Assembly (NCBI GenBank): GCA_964387025.1
Contig: CAYLUZ010000003.1
Coordinates: 261,828-325,827 of the forward strand
Direction of reading: 5' to 3'
DNA length: 64,000 nucleotides
DNA from: an uncultured Leptolinea sp.
Lineage (GTDB): Bacteria > Chloroflexota > Anaerolineae > Anaerolineales > Anaerolineaceae
A program made the position numbers and the translations under genes. Numbering within the stretch: the first letter of the stretch is position 1; every line of letters starts with the position of its first letter. Under the pieces are notes generated by a model. That model saw only the letters and a program-made list of their open reading frames with translations. It searched no databases and was not told the DNA's origin. This document shows positions 1 through 9,883 of the stretch, piece by piece.

Positions 1-65
1 AAAGAGGTTCTTTGAGATGATTTTTTATTTCTGTAGTTGGCATTTGAATTAGGATATTACATAAG

Positions 66-797
66 ATGACAGACCATAAAATAGTGTACTCTAGCGAGGC
101 TGATCGATATGACAGACTTGTTGCCTGCGAGGATTTTGCTGGTAACATTCTCAAAAATATTGAAAAAGTATCAACCATATTTCAGAAGGATGTCGTTGAA
201 TTTGGGGCAGGGACAGGCCGGTTGACCACCCTTCTGGCCCCTATTGTTAATAGTATTCAGGCTTTTGATTCATCATCAGAGATGCTAGGTGTGGCGGAAA
301 ATAAGTTAAAGATTTCCCCTAATAATAACTGGTATTTGGGGCAAGCCGATAACCGGTCCATTCCTGTTCCTGATCATTGTGCAGATATTGTGATATCAGG
401 ATGGAGCATATGTTACTTTGCATCCTGGAGTGGGGCGGAATGGGTAAAGGATATAAATAAGTCGCTCTCAGAAATGAAAAGGATCCTGCGGCCTGGAGGA
501 AAAATGATCCTTCTGGAAACAATGGGGACGGGATTTGAGCGGCCAACCCCACCTCCGCACTTACGGGAATATTATCAACTATTATCAACATACGGATTCA
601 AATCAGATTGGTTCAGGACTGATTACAAATTTGCCAGCCTACCAGAGGCAGTCGACCTTGTTAGGTTTTTTTTCGGAGACGAACTGGCCGGTGAAGTAGG
701 AAAAAAAGGAAGCCATGTTTTGCCGGAATGCACTGGAATTTGGTGGATTGATTCTAAGGATTTACTATATCCCGAAGATCCTGAGGTGGTTAGATAA
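66..797 (+). CDS. Class I SAM-dependent methyltransferase
   Basis: 243-aa ORF with glycine-rich SAM motif I 'VVEFGAGTGRLT' and downstream 'ILRPGGKMILLE', typical of Rossmann-fold methyltransferases. Confidence 0.75.
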   Translation: MTDHKIVYSSEADRYDRLVACEDFAGNILKNIEKVSTIFQKDVVEFGAGTGRLTTLLAPIVNSIQAFDSSSEMLGVAENKLKISPNNNWYLGQADNRSIPVPDHCADIVISGWSICYFASWSGAEWVKDINKSLSEMKRILRPGGKMILLETMGTGFERPTPPPHLREYYQLLSTYGFKSDWFRTDYKFASLPEAVDLVRFFFGDELAGEVGKKGSHVLPECTGIWWIDSKDLLYPEDPEVVR

Positions 798-1425
798 GGA
801 AGGGGTTATGAACTCTTTCTTCTCCAACTGTTGTAGCTGCTCCGTGACCGGGGTATAGACGAACATCATCCGGAAGAGATAATATGTACTTTTCTATACT
901 TTGGATCAATGTCCTGGCTGACCCACCTGGCAAGTCGGTTCGACCAACACCATGATAAAAAATGAGATCTCCACAGAATATTGTTTTTTCTTCAGGCAAA
1001 TAGTAGACGACATGACCAGAAGTATGCCCTGGAGTATGGTAAACCCGAATAATGTTTTTCCCTAAATAAATAGTTCCTTGATCTAATGCAGGTTTGGGGT
1101 TAATAACAGGTAGTTCAAGATAAAATCCAAACTCTTTAGCTCCTCCTCCGGTGTCCCACAATCCCTGGTCATCAGGTTGTATGTAAATATCCAATGATTT
1201 TGACGTCGATTGAACCAATGTATTTACTCCCCCTATATGGTCAAAATGTGCGTGTGTGAGCAGTATCTTTTGAAGATCGAGCTTTTGGTTTTCTATATGT
1301 TTTATTATTGTTTCAACACCATAAGGCGGGTCAATCAATGCTGCTAATTTGGATTGATCATCTATCAAAAGATAGCAGTTGTTTTGCAGAGGTCCGAGTG
1401 TAAATACTTTAATAATTATGGGCAT
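790..1425 (-). CDS. MBL-fold metallo-hydrolase (glyoxalase II-like)
   Basis: HxHxDH zinc motif 'THAHFDHIGG' and later 'HTPGHTSGH'. ATG at 1425 (MPIIIKV...) preferred over the upstream TTG at 1443. Confidence 0.8.
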   Translation of the reverse strand: MPIIIKVFTLGPLQNNCYLLIDDQSKLAALIDPPYGVETIIKHIENQKLDLQKILLTHAHFDHIGGVNTLVQSTSKSLDIYIQPDDQGLWDTGGGAKEFGFYLELPVINPKPALDQGTIYLGKNIIRVYHTPGHTSGHVVYYLPEEKTIFCGDLIFYHGVGRTDLPGGSARTLIQSIEKYILSLPDDVRLYPGHGAATTVGEERVHNPFLI

Positions 1426-1550
1426 ATTTTCATTAATTAACAAATTTGGATGGAATTAACTAAATCTTAACATAAATTTATTCAATTCATAACTTGATGA
1501 TTGTATTCTATCAATAGTTGACCGATATTAGGGATATAAGGATACTTTAT

Positions 1551-2198
1551 ATGTCAAGAAGTGGATTCATCAGTAAGTCATCTTTTCTCACACACGACGT
1601 CACCGAAGTAGTTTGTATACCTCAAAATCGAAGTGAGAAAATTGCCAGATGGGTATCAGATTACTTTAGCCCACCGGTAATGGCAGCTGCTTCTTTACTT
1701 ATGGTTGCCATTTTTGCCGGTAGTTCCGTTGTTTGGGGCAGTATAAGTGTGTTCATTCTATTTGGTATAGGACTCCCTACATTATATGTTTTTTGGCTGG
1801 TTAAGAAAAAATTGGTATCAGATTTTCATATTCCTATTCGAAGTCAGCGTATCCGTCCAATGGTATTTATGTTGGTGACGACCGTGATCTCAATTTTCCT
1901 ATTAATAGGACTTCATACGCCACGGTTCGTGATGATATTAAGCTTAGCTGCTTTTGGACAATTAATAATAATTTTTATGATCACATTGAAATGGAAGATA
2001 AGTGGACATGCCGCTGCAGTCAGTACTTTTTCGGCATTATGCTGGTTATTTTATGGTTCTCTCGCAGGCTTTGTATTTATTCTTATCCCAATTGTTATTT
2101 GGGCAAGGCTGCGCTTAAAAAGACATACTCCATTGCAAACCTTGGGTGGCACTGTCCTGGGACTACTCACACTAGTGGTTACCATATACATTTTATAA
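1551..2198 (+). CDS. Integral membrane protein, loosely PAP2-phosphatase-like
   Basis: Multi-TM ORF with loose PAP2-type motifs 'RSQRIRP', 'SGHAA' and 'RLRLKRH'. ATG at 1551 is preceded by AAGGA; the track ORF starts at a TTG at 1518. Function tentative. Confidence 0.4.
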   Translation: MSRSGFISKSSFLTHDVTEVVCIPQNRSEKIARWVSDYFSPPVMAAASLLMVAIFAGSSVVWGSISVFILFGIGLPTLYVFWLVKKKLVSDFHIPIRSQRIRPMVFMLVTTVISIFLLIGLHTPRFVMILSLAAFGQLIIIFMITLKWKISGHAAAVSTFSALCWLFYGSLAGFVFILIPIVIWARLRLKRHTPLQTLGGTVLGLLTLVVTIYIL

Positions 2199-2200
2199 AA

Positions 2201-3355
2201 TTATTCTCTTTCCGGAGTGATCATTATTTCTTCGGTGGTTCGTAATTCTTTGGATATAAATTTTAAGCTCCCAAGGAAAATGAGTCCTATCGTTACTATA
2301 GCCACAAGGTAGATCATTTCCGGTTGATCTTGATATATGAAACCTGCAATCGGTGGGGCAATAATGAATGCAATTGAAGAAACAGTCTCAATAAACCCGT
2401 AGGCAATTCCCATTTGGGAAACGTGAATTAATGGTCTGGCTAGTGCCATTGAGAGCGATTTACATACCCTGAACCCGCCCAGGAAGAAGTATCCCAGCAT
2501 ATACCATGGCAAACCAGTTCCTTTCCAAATGATCATTGACGCCAGAAGAACAGCCAATTGGCCTGCTAAAAATCCTACCTTCGCGTTAATTGTTCCTAAA
2601 ACTATCGCAAGGAAAGCATTACCCAGGCTTCCTATTGATCCAAGTGTGCCAATTTGACTCAAGGTCAGGTGCCGGTAATCTTGCATAAAGTTTGACGTTA
2701 ATGGTTGAGGCAGGTAAGTACTTAGCATCGTGAAGAAAAGAACGCCAAGCAAAGTTAGGAACCTTCCATTATGGGTCAGGCGTTGGTGGTTTTCTTGTTT
2801 GTGATCCTTTTCAATGGATTGCTTCTGGGCAAAAAATACCATTATAGTGGAAATCACTAATATTCCGGTGGCGATCAGGTACACCATCTTTAATCCCAGA
2901 TCGTCGGCAATTGCCCCACCGATCATTGGTCCAATGACAGCACCAAGACTGAATGCAGCAGATGCTGTTGTGAGGGCTCTGCCAATAGACCAATGACCTC
3001 TGGCATGGGTGATATAACTGTTCATGGGAGCCATGACAAATGAAGTGGCACCATATAATAACAAACCAATAATAAATCCGTTCAGGTTGGTAGAGAGTGC
3101 CATGATTCCTGCTGAAAGGGTTCCCAACCCCCACGAGGCCCACATAAGCGGAAGCCTCCCAAATTTATCACCAAGATAACCCGCTGGAATCTGAGTGACT
3201 GCCATAGCGATTCCCATCCCACCAAACACAGTTCCAATTAAAAGGGGACTTGCACCCAATTGTTTCAGATAAATGGGTTGGAAATAAATGAACATCCCTT
3301 CACCGATTCCCCAGGTGAACAATGAAATGGCTATTATCTTGAGGTTACGGTCCAT
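2201..3355 (-). CDS. MFS transporter
   Basis: 384-aa polytopic protein with MFS motif-A-like 'GDKFGRLPLM' between predicted TM2 and TM3. Confidence 0.7.
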   Translation of the reverse strand: MDRNLKIIAISLFTWGIGEGMFIYFQPIYLKQLGASPLLIGTVFGGMGIAMAVTQIPAGYLGDKFGRLPLMWASWGLGTLSAGIMALSTNLNGFIIGLLLYGATSFVMAPMNSYITHARGHWSIGRALTTASAAFSLGAVIGPMIGGAIADDLGLKMVYLIATGILVISTIMVFFAQKQSIEKDHKQENHQRLTHNGRFLTLLGVLFFTMLSTYLPQPLTSNFMQDYRHLTLSQIGTLGSIGSLGNAFLAIVLGTINAKVGFLAGQLAVLLASMIIWKGTGLPWYMLGYFFLGGFRVCKSLSMALARPLIHVSQMGIAYGFIETVSSIAFIIAPPIAGFIYQDQPEMIYLVAIVTIGLIFLGSLKFISKELRTTEEIMITPERE

Positions 3356-3410
3356 AAATCTCTAAGATCCTAATGCTTGAAATTTCCTATGAAAATTTGA
3401 ATTCAATTAA

Positions 3411-4523
3411 CTAATTACCAGATAAGGTGATCAATTCCCTATCCATTGTACTGAGTGATTCACAGCCATCTTCTGTAACGACAATATCATCTTCAATTCT
3501 CACCCCACCCCTGCCTGGAAGATATATACCTGGTTCGATTGTAAAGGTCATTCCCGGTGTGAGAATCATTTCATTCTCAGAAAACATATATGGTTCTTCA
3601 TGAGCTTCCAGCCCCAATCCATGCCCTATTCGATGAGTAAACTGGTTGCCATAACCTGCACCTACGATAACTTTTCTTCCAGAACGGTCGACATCTCCGG
3701 CAGGTATTCCAGGTTTAGCCGTATCCCGTCCAGCTTGATTGGCGTGTTTGACCGTTTCATATATTTTCGATAATTCTTCATCCAGGGGGCCTATGGCAAT
3801 TGTCCTTGTAAGGTCAGATAAATAGCCTTGATGTGAAGCACCCCAATCGATCACAACTGTTTCGCCAGTTTGAATTATTCTATCTGATGGCTCAGCATGC
3901 GGATTGGCGCTGTTGGGACCACTTGAGACGATTGGTGGAAATGGCAATTCAGGATCAGATCCTGCCCTGAGCATGTTAATTGTTAACTCTGCGGCAATAC
4001 TCTTTTCGCTCATGCCAATTTTTATAAGGGGAAGAGTATTCTTCAATGCTTGTTGTGCTATTTCAACTGCAGTACGCATCCGTTCAATTTCTGTCTGATC
4101 TTTTTGGATCCTCATTGAAGAGATTAAAGGTTCAATGGAAGAAAACTGTGGCGCCTGTACCGATTGTTGGATGAAATTTAATTCCAGGTATCTCATTCGG
4201 TTAGGTTCAATTCCTATCCGGGGAGAAGATAACTGATAGCCATTAAAAGCTGTTTTAATTACTGTACCCCAGAGCCCCGGATTATCGTTGTAGGTAAAAC
4301 ATTCCATGTCGGGTAAAGTTGAATTTAATTTTAATACTTCCAATTCAGGTAAAATCATGGCTGATTTACCTTGAGAGCTTAAAATGAACAGGGTTGGTCG
4401 TTCCATGAGGTGAAATTGCATGCCTGTTAAATAGACCATTGTTGGCCCGGGGTTTAAGACGATCAAATCCAGGGGACTTTTTTTGAGAAGGGTAGCAAGT
4501 CTTGAAATTCGGTTCACATTCAT
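3411..4523 (-). CDS. M24 family Xaa-Pro aminopeptidase/dipeptidase
   Basis: Pita-bread metal-ligand blocks 'DWGASHQGYLSDLTRT', 'HRIGHGLGLEAHEEP', 'TIEPGIY', 'RIEDD'. Confidence 0.8.
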   Translation of the reverse strand: MNVNRISRLATLLKKSPLDLIVLNPGPTMVYLTGMQFHLMERPTLFILSSQGKSAMILPELEVLKLNSTLPDMECFTYNDNPGLWGTVIKTAFNGYQLSSPRIGIEPNRMRYLELNFIQQSVQAPQFSSIEPLISSMRIQKDQTEIERMRTAVEIAQQALKNTLPLIKIGMSEKSIAAELTINMLRAGSDPELPFPPIVSSGPNSANPHAEPSDRIIQTGETVVIDWGASHQGYLSDLTRTIAIGPLDEELSKIYETVKHANQAGRDTAKPGIPAGDVDRSGRKVIVGAGYGNQFTHRIGHGLGLEAHEEPYMFSENEMILTPGMTFTIEPGIYLPGRGGVRIEDDIVVTEDGCESLSTMDRELITLSGN

Positions 4524-4596
4524 ATATTATCCCGAAGACCAATCAATATCTGCGCTGGTCAATTATTATCGTGCTTATTACTACACAAGCTATAAG

Positions 4597-6231
4597 TTAA
4601 CTGTTGTTTCTTGGAAGGGATATTATAAAGGTCGTCCCAGCGCCGGTAAGACTGTCAACCTGAATAAACCCACCATGCTGCTTGACAATTCGATGACAAA
4701 TAGATAGACCGAGACCTGTTCCCCGCCCTGGATCCTTTGTTGTAAAAAAGGGTTCGAAAATCTTGGTAACTTTATCTGGAGGAATTCCCACCCCATTATC
4801 AGAAAACCTTACCTTAAACTCTTCATCCAAGAATGCTGTACTGATTTGAATAACACCTTTTCCCGATTCCATTGAATCCAATGCATTCAAGATAATATTT
4901 ATCCAAACACTCTGCAGGTGGTCTTTACTGGCATGGATCATCGGCAGGTCTTCCTGCAAATTCGTTTTAATTTCCATTGAACGGCTTGCTAATTCATGCT
5001 TAACCAGTGACAATGCGTTGAGGACGGTTTCATTTAGGTCAATCGCAACAAAGTCATATTGTTCTTTCCTGGCAAATCCCATCAAATTTCGAACAACCTG
5101 AGAAGCGCGCAATCCCGCAATTTCAATGAGTTCCACTGATTCGCGTGCATCCAAAGAGTCTTCCGGCAGATCACGGCGGAGCAATTGTGCATTTGCGATC
5201 ACAGCCGACAATGGGTTATTAATTTCATGTGCGACACCTGCAGCTAGTTGGCCGACAGCAGCCAGTTTTTCGGATTGTATCAGGTTAGCTTCCAGTCGTT
5301 TCTCCTGGGTTACGTCCTGTTCAAAGATGATCACCTGTGAAGGTTCATCCGACTCATCCAGAATTGCATAGGTCGATATCTCCCAATCGGTGATTTGATC
5401 ATTTTTTATCCATTGCCGATCAGAGCGAATGGTACTTTTTTTAGATAGAAAGGTCTCATTTACACGGCAGCCCTGGCAAGGCTGACTATGATTGTAAAGT
5501 ACTTCATAACAAATTAGTCCGACAAGATTATTTGGTTTTTGTTCAGCCCTGATCGATCGGCTTGTATTAATTGCTACAATCTTATATTTTCCATCAACTA
5601 TATATATTGAAGTAGGTATGCTATCAAACATTGCACGCAGAGTATTGCGTGATTGCATTAATTCCCAACGCCATGCTTCCAGATTCGCATTATCGATTTT
5701 TTGTTGACGTACCATGTCGAAGTTTTTCATACTGAGCGTATAACACTCTGCAATGGTGTTTAGTATCCCCATTCTTTCTGACGTTACTTCTTTTTTGGCA
5801 TTGAACGCTTGAATCAATCCAACAAACTCAGCATTTTTCTTTAACGGGAGCAATAAAGCTGATCGATAGGGTTGATCATTCAATTCATATAGATGATCAA
5901 ATTCATTACCTGGTTTTACTAGATCCAGATAAAATGAGGTTTTGTTTGAAAGTTTATCAAAGAGGAATTGATCCTGGACTTGAAAACTATCTTCCAGAAA
6001 CCAATCGTTACCTCCCCGGTATATCTTACGTTGAATTAGTCTTTTATCTTCTGGATCAAGAAGCAATATTACGGTGGCTTCTGATTGGCAAAACTTATAG
6101 ACCAATTCGCAAAACCCTATTTGAACATGTTTGCTGTCGAGGTCTTGGTTTAATAGGTTGATAAGTAATTGAAAGATTTCGATTTCTTCTTGCATATCCA
6201 TATCTTTGATGTTTTCAATACCAATATTCAT
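4597..6231 (-). CDS. Cytoplasmic sensor histidine kinase (GAF-like + PAS-like + HisKA + HATPase)
   Basis: H-box '[11 protein letters not shown]'; N/G boxes '[10 protein letters not shown]', 'DNGVGIP', 'GTGLGLS'. No TM segments. PAS-like region carries '[15 protein letters not shown]'. Confidence 0.8.
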   Translation of the reverse strand: MNIGIENIKDMDMQEEIEIFQLLINLLNQDLDSKHVQIGFCELVYKFCQSEATVILLLDPEDKRLIQRKIYRGGNDWFLEDSFQVQDQFLFDKLSNKTSFYLDLVKPGNEFDHLYELNDQPYRSALLLPLKKNAEFVGLIQAFNAKKEVTSERMGILNTIAECYTLSMKNFDMVRQQKIDNANLEAWRWELMQSRNTLRAMFDSIPTSIYIVDGKYKIVAINTSRSIRAEQKPNNLVGLICYEVLYNHSQPCQGCRVNETFLSKKSTIRSDRQWIKNDQITDWEISTYAILDESDEPSQVIIFEQDVTQEKRLEANLIQSEKLAAVGQLAAGVAHEINNPLSAVIANAQLLRRDLPEDSLDARESVELIEIAGLRASQVVRNLMGFARKEQYDFVAIDLNETVLNALSLVKHELASRSMEIKTNLQEDLPMIHASKDHLQSVWINIILNALDSMESGKGVIQISTAFLDEEFKVRFSDNGVGIPPDKVTKIFEPFFTTKDPGRGTGLGLSICHRIVKQHGGFIQVDSLTGAGTTFIISLPRNNS

Positions 6232-6306
6232 AATTTATCCATTATCGTAATTTTACCTCACCAAAGGTGTAATAGTAGATCCAATAATTTTTTGAGGAAT
6301 AAAATT

Positions 6307-6329
6307 CCCCGAAAATAAGTTCTTCGGGG
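6307..6329 (-). terminator. Putative intrinsic terminator between the response regulator and kinase genes
   Basis: 7-bp stem CCCCGAA/TTCGGGG. On the - strand it is followed by AATTTTATT. It lies 48 nt downstream of the regulator stop. Confidence 0.4.
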
Positions 6330-6376
6330 ATAAGGTCAATACGTGGATTAATTAAGGGTTATCTCGATTTGTTCGG

Positions 6377-7195
6377 TTAATTCTCATTTGTTCGAATAGT
6401 ATATCCGTACCCTGGCACTGTTTCAATAAAAGTTGGTGCGTGAGGATCATCCTCAATGCGTTCCCGAAGGTTTTTTATATGAACACGAACCAGGTCCGGA
6501 CTACCCGCATCAGTCGGATAATCCCATACTTCATCAAGCAACCGGGTGGGAGAAAAAATTTCACCGGGATGACTCATCAGGTGATATAGAAGGTCAAATT
6601 GTACTGGTGTCATACGTAACTTATTGTTTTTAGGTGTTATAAGTTCATATGTCTGTGTATCCAGTGTATGACCCCGGATACTGATCGCATGGGATGGTGG
6701 AGCCTGTTTTTCCTCTACTTGTTTTCCTTTTAACATGCCTTTGGCTTTGGGGAAAATATCTCCAAATGAAAAAGATTTTGCGGGTTCTTCAGCTTTAAAT
6801 TTTACCTGGTTTTTTGTACGCCGGAGTATGGCCCTAATTCTTAACAATAATTCATCAAGATTAAATGGTTTGCTCAGGTAATCATCTGCTCCAGCGGTTA
6901 AACCAGTTATTTTATCTTCGTCTTTGGATTTTGCCGTCAAGAAAAGAATTGGAGTATCTTTCAACAACGGATCTGCTCGAACCTCGCGACAGACCGCATA
7001 ACCATCCATCCCAGGCATGATCACATCAAGAATGATTATCTCGGGTGGTCTTCTCCTTGCAGATTGAAGTCCTTCGACTCCGCTATTTGCTATAGTTACA
7101 TGAAACTCATCTCCCCGCAGACATCGATCTATTGTCCGCGACACAATCTCATCATCTTCAATTACAAGGATGTTAGTTTGTTTCATGTGCCCCAT
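6377..7195 (-). CDS. OmpR/PhoB-family response regulator with an unusually long linker
   Basis: Receiver 'ILVIEDDE', 'IIILDVIMPGMDG', 'LTAKS', 'YLSKPF'. Winged helix 'VRVHIKNLRERIE...IETVPGYGY'. A ~45-aa Lys-rich linker sits between the domains. Confidence 0.8.
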   Translation of the reverse strand: MGHMKQTNILVIEDDEIVSRTIDRCLRGDEFHVTIANSGVEGLQSARRRPPEIIILDVIMPGMDGYAVCREVRADPLLKDTPILFLTAKSKDEDKITGLTAGADDYLSKPFNLDELLLRIRAILRRTKNQVKFKAEEPAKSFSFGDIFPKAKGMLKGKQVEEKQAPPSHAISIRGHTLDTQTYELITPKNNKLRMTPVQFDLLYHLMSHPGEIFSPTRLLDEVWDYPTDAGSPDLVRVHIKNLRERIEDDPHAPTFIETVPGYGYTIRTNEN

Positions 7196-7461
7196 TTCTA
7201 ATACAGTGACTAATGTATATGTAGATATTAAATTAAAAACGAAAAAAATACAAGTGTTTGTATTAGTGCAATTTTTGTTCCAGTGAATTTACTATTGTTA
7301 ATTGACAAATTTCAGATTAGGAATAGGAAAATAAATTATGCGTAAAGAAACAAGACCAGTTTTTAGATTCATTTAACTCTGCTTTCACGAACTATTTATA
7401 CCTTACATTATTACGAAGTGCTATTTTTATACCGGACTTCTAAATTTACTTTCCAGTATCT

Positions 7462-7698
7462 ATGAAAGGTAGTGGCGTGATTCTCGTTACCCGATTGAAT
7501 GGTTCGCAGTTTTATATAAATGCAGAGATGATTGAGGTGGTTGAATCAACCCCTGATACTGTTATTAGTTTAACTTCAGAGACCAAAGTTGTTGTAAAAG
7601 AAAATTCAGAAGAAGTCATTCGCCGGATCATTGAATACAAACGATTAATACTAGAAACTCCAATCAACAAGCAACAAAGTAGTCGTCGAGGAGCATAA
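7462..7698 (+). CDS. flbD: Flagellar protein FlbD
   Basis: 'VTRLNGSQFYINAEMIEVVESTPDTVISL' matches the FlbD family signature. Sits directly upstream of motA, as in Firmicutes and spirochaetes. Confidence 0.8.
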   Translation: MKGSGVILVTRLNGSQFYINAEMIEVVESTPDTVISLTSETKVVVKENSEEVIRRIIEYKRLILETPINKQQSSRRGA

Positions 7699-7700
7699 GC

Positions 7701-8501
7701 ATGGATCTAGGTACTATTTTAGGAATTGCCTTAAGTCTAGCAATTGTTGTTATGGTTATGATCCTGGATGGCGGTAATCCACTAGAACTTGTTTCTTTAC
7801 CAGCACCAATTCTCTTGACCCTTGTCGGATCCATGATGGCAACCATGGCTACGACATCATTAAGTAGTATGTTAAAGCTGCCAAAATATTTCATCATTGC
7901 CATTAAAGAACCCCATTACAAGACAGAAGAAGCCATTGAAACACTTGCAAAAATGGCTGATAAAGCCCGTCGTGAGGGATTACTAGCGCTAGAAGAAGAA
8001 AGCAAAAAGATTAAAGATCCATTTTTGCAAAAAGGGATCATGCTGGTTGTGGACGGTGTCGACCCAGCCCAGGTGCGTGCGATCTTACACACACAGATAG
8101 AACACATGCAAAAAAGGCATGAAGTAGGAATTCATATATTTAATACTGCTGGTGGTTTTGCTCCTACTTTTGGAATTATCGGTACAGTTATGGGCTTGAT
8201 CTCTGTGTTGAAGGAATTGGATAATCCCGCAAAATTAGCCGGATCCATTGCTTCTGCATTTCTGGCAACTCTATGGGGATTATTATCCTCAAATATGATT
8301 TTCCTTCCTCTTGGAGGAAAACTACAACACAAGGATACAGAAGAAGTAGCATTCAAAACCATGCTTCTGGAGGGAATATTGTCACTTCAAGCCGGGGAGA
8401 ATCCACGAATTGTCCGTGAAAAATTACAAGCATTCCTACCACCTTCTGCGGTTGCTAAAGCTGCCGCAGGTACAGCAAAGAAAGAAAAGGCAAAAGCATG
8501 A
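7701..8501 (+). CDS. motA: Flagellar stator protein MotA
   Basis: 4-TM MotA/TolQ/ExbB-type protein with 'GGFAPTFGIIGTVMGLI' and 'ATLWGLLSSNMIFLPL'; ATGA-coupled to motB. Confidence 0.85.
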   Translation: MDLGTILGIALSLAIVVMVMILDGGNPLELVSLPAPILLTLVGSMMATMATTSLSSMLKLPKYFIIAIKEPHYKTEEAIETLAKMADKARREGLLALEEESKKIKDPFLQKGIMLVVDGVDPAQVRAILHTQIEHMQKRHEVGIHIFNTAGGFAPTFGIIGTVMGLISVLKELDNPAKLAGSIASAFLATLWGLLSSNMIFLPLGGKLQHKDTEEVAFKTMLLEGILSLQAGENPRIVREKLQAFLPPSAVAKAAAGTAKKEKAKA

Positions 8502-9250
8502 GTCACGGAGGCGGTGGAGACCGCTGGTTGGTCAGTTACTCTGACTTCATTACCCTGTTGATGGTATTGTTTGTTGTTCTTTACTCCATGGGACAGGTGG
8601 ATGTAGAAAAGTATAAAATGCTGGCCGAGAATTTACGCTCTGCTTTTGCGGGTGGCGGACCAGTAAAAGTTGTTGCCGCACAAATCAGTACAGCTGGAGG
8701 AAATTCCAAGGATGGAGCGCCAAATCCGATTGTAGTTCCTGGTATCCCAGAAAAACCACCTGTTTCAGAAGAAGTTGCCGGTGATCTATCCCAAATGCTT
8801 TCTGCGGCTAACTTAGGTTCAGAAGTAAGCGTGCAAACAAGTGTCGATGGAGTGCTGATTTCACTTAGCGAAAAATTATTATTTCCATCAGGATCTTCGT
8901 CTCTTCAGGAATCTGCTTACCCTGTTCTGGATACGATAATTGGTATGTTAAAAACAACAGAACATCAGATCAAGATCGTTGGTCATACGGATGATACACA
9001 ACCATTAAATTCTGAATATTCCAATAATTGGGAATTATCCATAGCTCGGGCAATGATGATAAGTGATTATATGATTAAATCTGGTATCTCGCCTAAAAGA
9101 ATGATAATTTCAGGAAGGGGAGAGTTTGATCCTATTTTTCCAAATGACACACCAGAACATCGTGCTTTAAACAGCCGTGCAGATATTGTTATTGTATATC
9201 AGATTGATTCAAACCTAATTACCTCAGGTAGTAAATTAAGCACCCCTTGA
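8498..9250 (+). CDS. motB: Flagellar stator protein MotB (OmpA-like C-terminus)
   Basis: N-terminal 'WLVSYSDFITLLMVLFVVLYSM' with the conserved Asp, and a C-terminal OmpA-like 'IVGHTDD...SNNWELSIARA...NSRADIV'. Confidence 0.85.
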   Translation: MSHGGGGDRWLVSYSDFITLLMVLFVVLYSMGQVDVEKYKMLAENLRSAFAGGGPVKVVAAQISTAGGNSKDGAPNPIVVPGIPEKPPVSEEVAGDLSQMLSAANLGSEVSVQTSVDGVLISLSEKLLFPSGSSSLQESAYPVLDTIIGMLKTTEHQIKIVGHTDDTQPLNSEYSNNWELSIARAMMISDYMIKSGISPKRMIISGRGEFDPIFPNDTPEHRALNSRADIVIVYQIDSNLITSGSKLSTP

Positions 9251-9266
9251 TAAGAGGGAGGAAAAA

Positions 9267-9875
9267 ATGAAAAAAGTATTAAAGATTTTTGGGATCATCG
9301 GACAGGTATTTTTGATCACCTTGGTAGTTGTTAGCAGTCTTCTTAGTCTGGCGTTGGCGTATATTGTTTTCGCACCGGATGATTTGCCTAAACCATTTTA
9401 CTTAAACTATATTTACCCCACACCAGAACCCACATCTGATCCGCTAAACCTGCCATTGGAAGAGATTGCAACTGAAATTCCGGAGAAAGAAACATTGCCT
9501 GGCGAAGGGATCATGATCGACACTGGAACAAAGATAATCAACCTGGCTGAGCCAGGCGGAAGGAGATACATCCGTATTGGTGTCGTTTTGGAATTTGTCC
9601 CACCAGAGGAAGACCCTGAGGCAAAACCAGCCGCAGCAGAGGGTGAAGGTGAAGCAATAGATCCCGTAGTCGAAGAATTCACAAATGAAGTGAACGCAAG
9701 ATTGCCGATGATCAATGACACTGTGATCACATTATTATCCTCTAAATCTTTTGAGCAATTATATACAACTGAAGGGAAAGAAGCATTAAGGATTGAAATT
9801 AAGGAAAAAATCCAATCACTGATGCCGCATGATGAACTTCTTGGCGTATATTTTACTGAATTTGTAGTGGAGTAA
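9267..9875 (+). CDS. fliL: Flagellar basal-body-associated protein FliL
   Basis: Single N-terminal TM segment, 'INLAEPGGRRYIRIGVVLEF' and 'INDTVITLLSSKSFEQL...GKEALRIEIKEKI'. Contains an acidic/Pro-rich insert. Confidence 0.7.
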   Translation: MKKVLKIFGIIGQVFLITLVVVSSLLSLALAYIVFAPDDLPKPFYLNYIYPTPEPTSDPLNLPLEEIATEIPEKETLPGEGIMIDTGTKIINLAEPGGRRYIRIGVVLEFVPPEEDPEAKPAAAEGEGEAIDPVVEEFTNEVNARLPMINDTVITLLSSKSFEQLYTTEGKEALRIEIKEKIQSLMPHDELLGVYFTEFVVE

Positions 9876-9883
9876 AGAATTTT

